A DNA stretch of 64,000 nucleotides from contig OZ242008.1 of NCBI GenBank assembly GCA_965204735.1, forward strand, positions 704,001-768,000, read 5' to 3'. The position numbers were made by a program, and so were the translations under genes. This stretch comes from Longimicrobiales bacterium (GTDB lineage Bacteria; Gemmatimonadota; Gemmatimonadetes; Longimicrobiales; Gaopeijiaceae). How positions within the stretch are numbered: the first letter of the stretch is position 1; each line of letters starts with the position of its first letter. Positions 61,501 through 64,000 of this stretch are shown here, piece after piece. The notes under the pieces are model-generated. The model ran no database searches. It was not told where the DNA came from and was given only the letters and a program-made list of their open reading frames with translations.

Positions 61501-64000
61501 GTGCCCCACGGCTTGTGCCCGGCCTGGCGGTGCGACGGCCCGCTGGAGTGGATCAAGGAGGACCCCGACGACTACAACTTGCGGCTGCTGGACGGCGACT
61601 ACTCGATGCTTCGCTCCGAGGAGCACACCGCCATGGTGCCGCCCGACGAGCGCGACCGGCTGGAGAACCGATTCAAGGGCGAGTCCGATGCCGTGAACTG
61701 CCTCGTGTGCACGCCGACGCTGGAGCTCGGGATCGACATCGGTCGGCTGGACTCGGTGCTCATGCGCAACGTGCCGCCCCTGCCCGCCAACTACTGGCAA
61801 CGCGCCGGACGGGCGGGACGGCGTCACCGCATGGCCGTGAACGTGACCTACTGCCGGCCCGTCTCCCACGATCGGGCCTACTTCGCCGACCCGCCGAAGC
61901 TGCTCGGCGGCAAGATCGACCCGCCGGCGTTCAACCTTCGCAACGAGGTGATGGTCGCCAAGCACGTTCACGCCGTCGCGATCGGCGCCCTGTACCGGTA
62001 CAGCCAGGACCCGGAACGACCCGAGGCCGAGCGAAACCGCATTCGCAACGTGCTGAACTCGGCCCTGCCCCGGCGAGTGGCGCCCTACCTGTTCGCCGAC
62101 GGAGAGGTGCGGGATGCGTCCTTCGACTTCGACCCTCTGCGGCACTTGGTGGAGGACCTTTCGGACAGCTTGGCGCACGACCCGAAGCGCGTGTTCCGTC
62201 AGGGCTGGCCCGAGGCGGACGCGGCCGTCGTCGCCGACGCGGCGCTGCAAGGCCACGTGCAGCGATTCGCCGACGAGCTCGAAGAGGTCGTGGCGCGCCT
62301 GCGGCACCGGTTGAAGTGGGCGATGAGGCAGATCGGGCGCTTGAACCGCGAGCAGGAGCGGAAGGGAAGCTTGGAGCCGCCCGAGGAGGCGCTGCGCCGA
62401 CGTTGCGACCGGCTGGTCAAGCAGCTGAAGGGCACATCGCCGAGAAACTGGAGACATGCGGAGGGACACGACGACGCCAACACCTTCGGCGTGCTCGCCG
62501 CGGAGGGATTCCTGCCCGGATACGGCCTGGAGACCGGCGCGGTGACGGGCTGGGCCGAAGTGCCCTTCTGGAAGGCGGGGCCGGCGGAGTTCCGGCTTCC
62601 GCGTCCGCCGGCCACCGCGCTGCGCGAGTACGTGCCCGGCAACCTGATCTACGCCAACGGCCATCGCTTCGCCGCTCGCCGCTTTCACAGGGACGCCAAC
62701 GAGCGCCGGACCGACATGGCGACCTACGCGGTGTCGCGGAAGCGGCGGGCCGTTGCCGAGGTGCACGGCGCCAGCGGCACCGACGGCGACGCAACGCTGC
62801 CCACCATGGCCGTCTGCGACGTCGACCTCGTGCACACGTCCCACATCTCCGACGAAGAGGACCTTCGCTTTCAACTGGGAGTCGCCGTCGCGGGCGTCGA
62901 GCGCGACCAGCACAGCGGCGGAGATGCCTATCGGTGGGGCGCGCAATCGTTGCTGCTTCGCCGGGGCGTGCGGATGCGTCTGGTCAACGTGGGTCCCGCG
63001 ACCTCCATGGACGGCGGGGGCGCGCTCGGCTACCCCGTGTGCTCGGTTTGCGGCCACAGCGTCTCGCCGTTCGCGTCGGACCGCCAGCGGGAGGAGTTCG
63101 ACAAGGGCCACGAGGAGCGGTGCAACCGCAAGCCGGGACTCGTGGGCTTCCATGCGGACGTGATCGCGGACGCCCTTTCCCTGCCGGCGTGCGACGGCCA
63201 GACTACGGCGCACAGCGTCTTGGAGGCCCTGCGCTTCGGCGCTGCCCGCGTGCTCGACATGCACATCGACGACCTGCAGGTCCTGGTCGTCGGCAAGATG
63301 CACGAGGAGGCCGTGGACGCGCTGCTCTGGGACCCGATGCCCGGCGGCTCCGGCCTCTTGGAGCGGATCTGCGACCGCTTTGGAGAAGTGGTCGCGGCGG
63401 CCCGGCGAGTCGTCGGCGAATGCCCCGCCCTGTGCGAATCGGCGTGCACCGACTGCCTCCAGACCTTCCGCAACGCCTACTATCACCGCTTCCTCGACCG
63501 CGGAAACGCAGTCAAGCGCTTCGACAAGTGGGGGAGCAGCCTGGCGTGGGAGCACAAGGTTCCGCCCCGTCAGCCGGACGCGACTCTTCCGCGCAACAGC
63601 GCCGTCCCCGTCAACGCCGCCGAGGCCAAGCTCCGTCGATTGCTGTTGCGGGCCGGCTTCGGGGAAGGCGGGCGCGGCGAGCAGATTCGGCTGGACCGCG
63701 CCCTGGGCACCACGACGCCCGACGTGATCTACCGAGGTCCCGGCCACGACGCCGACGAAGGCGTGTGCATCTACCTGGACGGCCTCAGCCGACACCTCCA
63801 CGGCAACCCCGAGACCGCCGAACGCGACGCGCAGATTCGGAGCTGGTTGCAGAACAAAGGCTACGACGTGGTCGAGGTCGCCGTGCACGACTTGGACGAC
63901 GCGGACGCCATGGCGCGCCACTTCCGCCGCCTGGCCCGCTGCTTGGGCATGGGCGAGAGGGCGAAGAAGCTGGGCACCGACCGGTCATGGTTTCCGGCTC
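58558..64000 (+). CDS. YprA/DrmAB-like DEAH helicase with DUF1998 and C-terminal putative nuclease; 3' end beyond window
   Basis: Manual translation of frame 1: MALNPVAYTEK..., TGTGSGKTE, YPMNALAEDQ, LVFDEAH, FCDNRQDAA, TPTLELGIDIG, QRAGRAGRR, GGSG, C..C..AC..CL, TPDVIY...IYLDG...H; still open at 64000. Confidence 0.88.
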   Translation, partial: MALNPVAYTEKVVGSFLRYQLTAYPFMDEGLRGQMRDLLSLDETRQSPLLKGPYVSLSRPFRQGAAVKDLVADGLLHPHLRERIPEAITHLYSHQEKAVRAVAEGRTTLVSTGTGSGKTECFLYPIVSKCLALRDEDAPPGVSAVIVYPMNALAEDQLLRLRDLLAGTGVSFGIYVGKTPEGESGVTGLRLPAGSSRADYRARLEQARKDGQGEAVYPAEEVCSREAMRTPGRQPRILLTNVKQLELLLTRRRDIELFAGARLDYLVFDEAHTFAGVMGAESACLLRRLRAFCDAGPERTTCIATSATIVDREDPEAARNFAARFFGVAPGDVATVGEDYEAEVWANRRFLPPTPQDDDAGILNECVRAVEDEDSAGGRVRAAYRSLSGRTLPGADDDGDGNGNSSGWREALHAALSHNEVVYALNEELVEPRALEALPAALEQRIGRPVSQAEILSWLTLGAAARLQGRPLLRPVVHAFVRGVGGAVASFPDGASGPRLWLAAEDEAASNGPDGARARFPVTTCTTCGQHYFVAFLKDFTFTGTKPGGGNASPSGPWWERLDQKAGGKRVLVTDRLIGADETDDDAPPHKRTASLAFCRRCGAAHASAQSSCSACGRPGPLLELRAVRQKQDNPGLLTSCLSCGSVGRRPSGGRYREPAREVRAVNVADVHVLSQDMVQHAERRRLLVFCDNRQDAAFQAGWMKDHARRFRLRALMSQALEADTTSVGDLTACLDDRLDEDEALSRALIPEVWQAAPSDGAGVRHRQERRKYLRIQVLREVALSPRQAYGLEPWGRMKVEYDGLSSTDPWIRRHAHQLGIPPDKMREGVASVLDYLRRKRALFDPVHEVFTKHWMDGDREVQQGYLPGFLKPNATKLRREPTEKPAQVTQWLSTGGGDTTMRQVARKWGVAGDAVEAFLEGLFEYVVEAGLLVRVVLKGSKKRPLPGVSGVFQVAADKLLLKPNRGVWRCRKCRRKATRDVPHGLCPAWRCDGPLEWIKEDPDDYNLRLLDGDYSMLRSEEHTAMVPPDERDRLENRFKGESDAVNCLVCTPTLELGIDIGRLDSVLMRNVPPLPANYWQRAGRAGRRHRMAVNVTYCRPVSHDRAYFADPPKLLGGKIDPPAFNLRNEVMVAKHVHAVAIGALYRYSQDPERPEAERNRIRNVLNSALPRRVAPYLFADGEVRDASFDFDPLRHLVEDLSDSLAHDPKRVFRQGWPEADAAVVADAALQGHVQRFADELEEVVARLRHRLKWAMRQIGRLNREQERKGSLEPPEEALRRRCDRLVKQLKGTSPRNWRHAEGHDDANTFGVLAAEGFLPGYGLETGAVTGWAEVPFWKAGPAEFRLPRPPATALREYVPGNLIYANGHRFAARRFHRDANERRTDMATYAVSRKRRAVAEVHGASGTDGDATLPTMAVCDVDLVHTSHISDEEDLRFQLGVAVAGVERDQHSGGDAYRWGAQSLLLRRGVRMRLVNVGPATSMDGGGALGYPVCSVCGHSVSPFASDRQREEFDKGHEERCNRKPGLVGFHADVIADALSLPACDGQTTAHSVLEALRFGAARVLDMHIDDLQVLVVGKMHEEAVDALLWDPMPGGSGLLERICDRFGEVVAAARRVVGECPALCESACTDCLQTFRNAYYHRFLDRGNAVKRFDKWGSSLAWEHKVPPRQPDATLPRNSAVPVNAAEAKLRRLLLRAGFGEGGRGEQIRLDRALGTTTPDVIYRGPGHDADEGVCIYLDGLSRHLHGNPETAERDAQIRSWLQNKGYDVVEVAVHDLDDADAMARHFRRLARCLGMGERAKKLGTDRSWFPA

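Noticed and set aside
58474..63921. 1815-aa minus-strand ORF
   Set aside because: Antisense shadow of the + strand helicase; no motifs, an expected artefact of high GC3

Overview
GC-rich bacterial chromosomal window, roughly 70% GC by eye. Gene content and style suggest Gemmatimonadota, possibly host/sponge-associated (inference only). About 1-32.1 kb is mostly housekeeping: thiE-thiS-thiG, rsmB, PASTA protein, TlpA, YbbR/CdaR, tsaD, lgt, metallophosphoesterase, tamA/tamB, htpX, uvrA, CesT-like + pspA, D-amino-acid aminotransferase, an Rpn nuclease, OM beta-barrel, TonB-dependent receptor, tkt, leuS. About 32.2-35.75 kb is a nested mobile patch: an intact DDE IS with CTAG ends sits inside an older TGT...ACA element with a 19-bp target duplication, next to a low-GC orphan gene. 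Three peptidase/SPFH genes follow. From 39.5 kb to the end is a probable defence island. Four tandem, translationally coupled paralogues of an ATPase + PD-(D/E)XK nuclease are block mosaics of each other, with every pair sharing exactly one of three variable blocks. They run without gaps into a DISARM-class-I-like core (DrmD SNF2 helicase, large N6-adenine methyltransferase with a low-GC C-terminal part) and an AlbA_2/TPR protein. Next come an inserted hicBA cassette, an orphan Panacea antitoxin and a >1800-aa YprA-type helicase-DUF1998-nuclease fusion that runs off the window and is absent from the ORF track. No rRNA, tRNA or convincing CRISPR array was seen.
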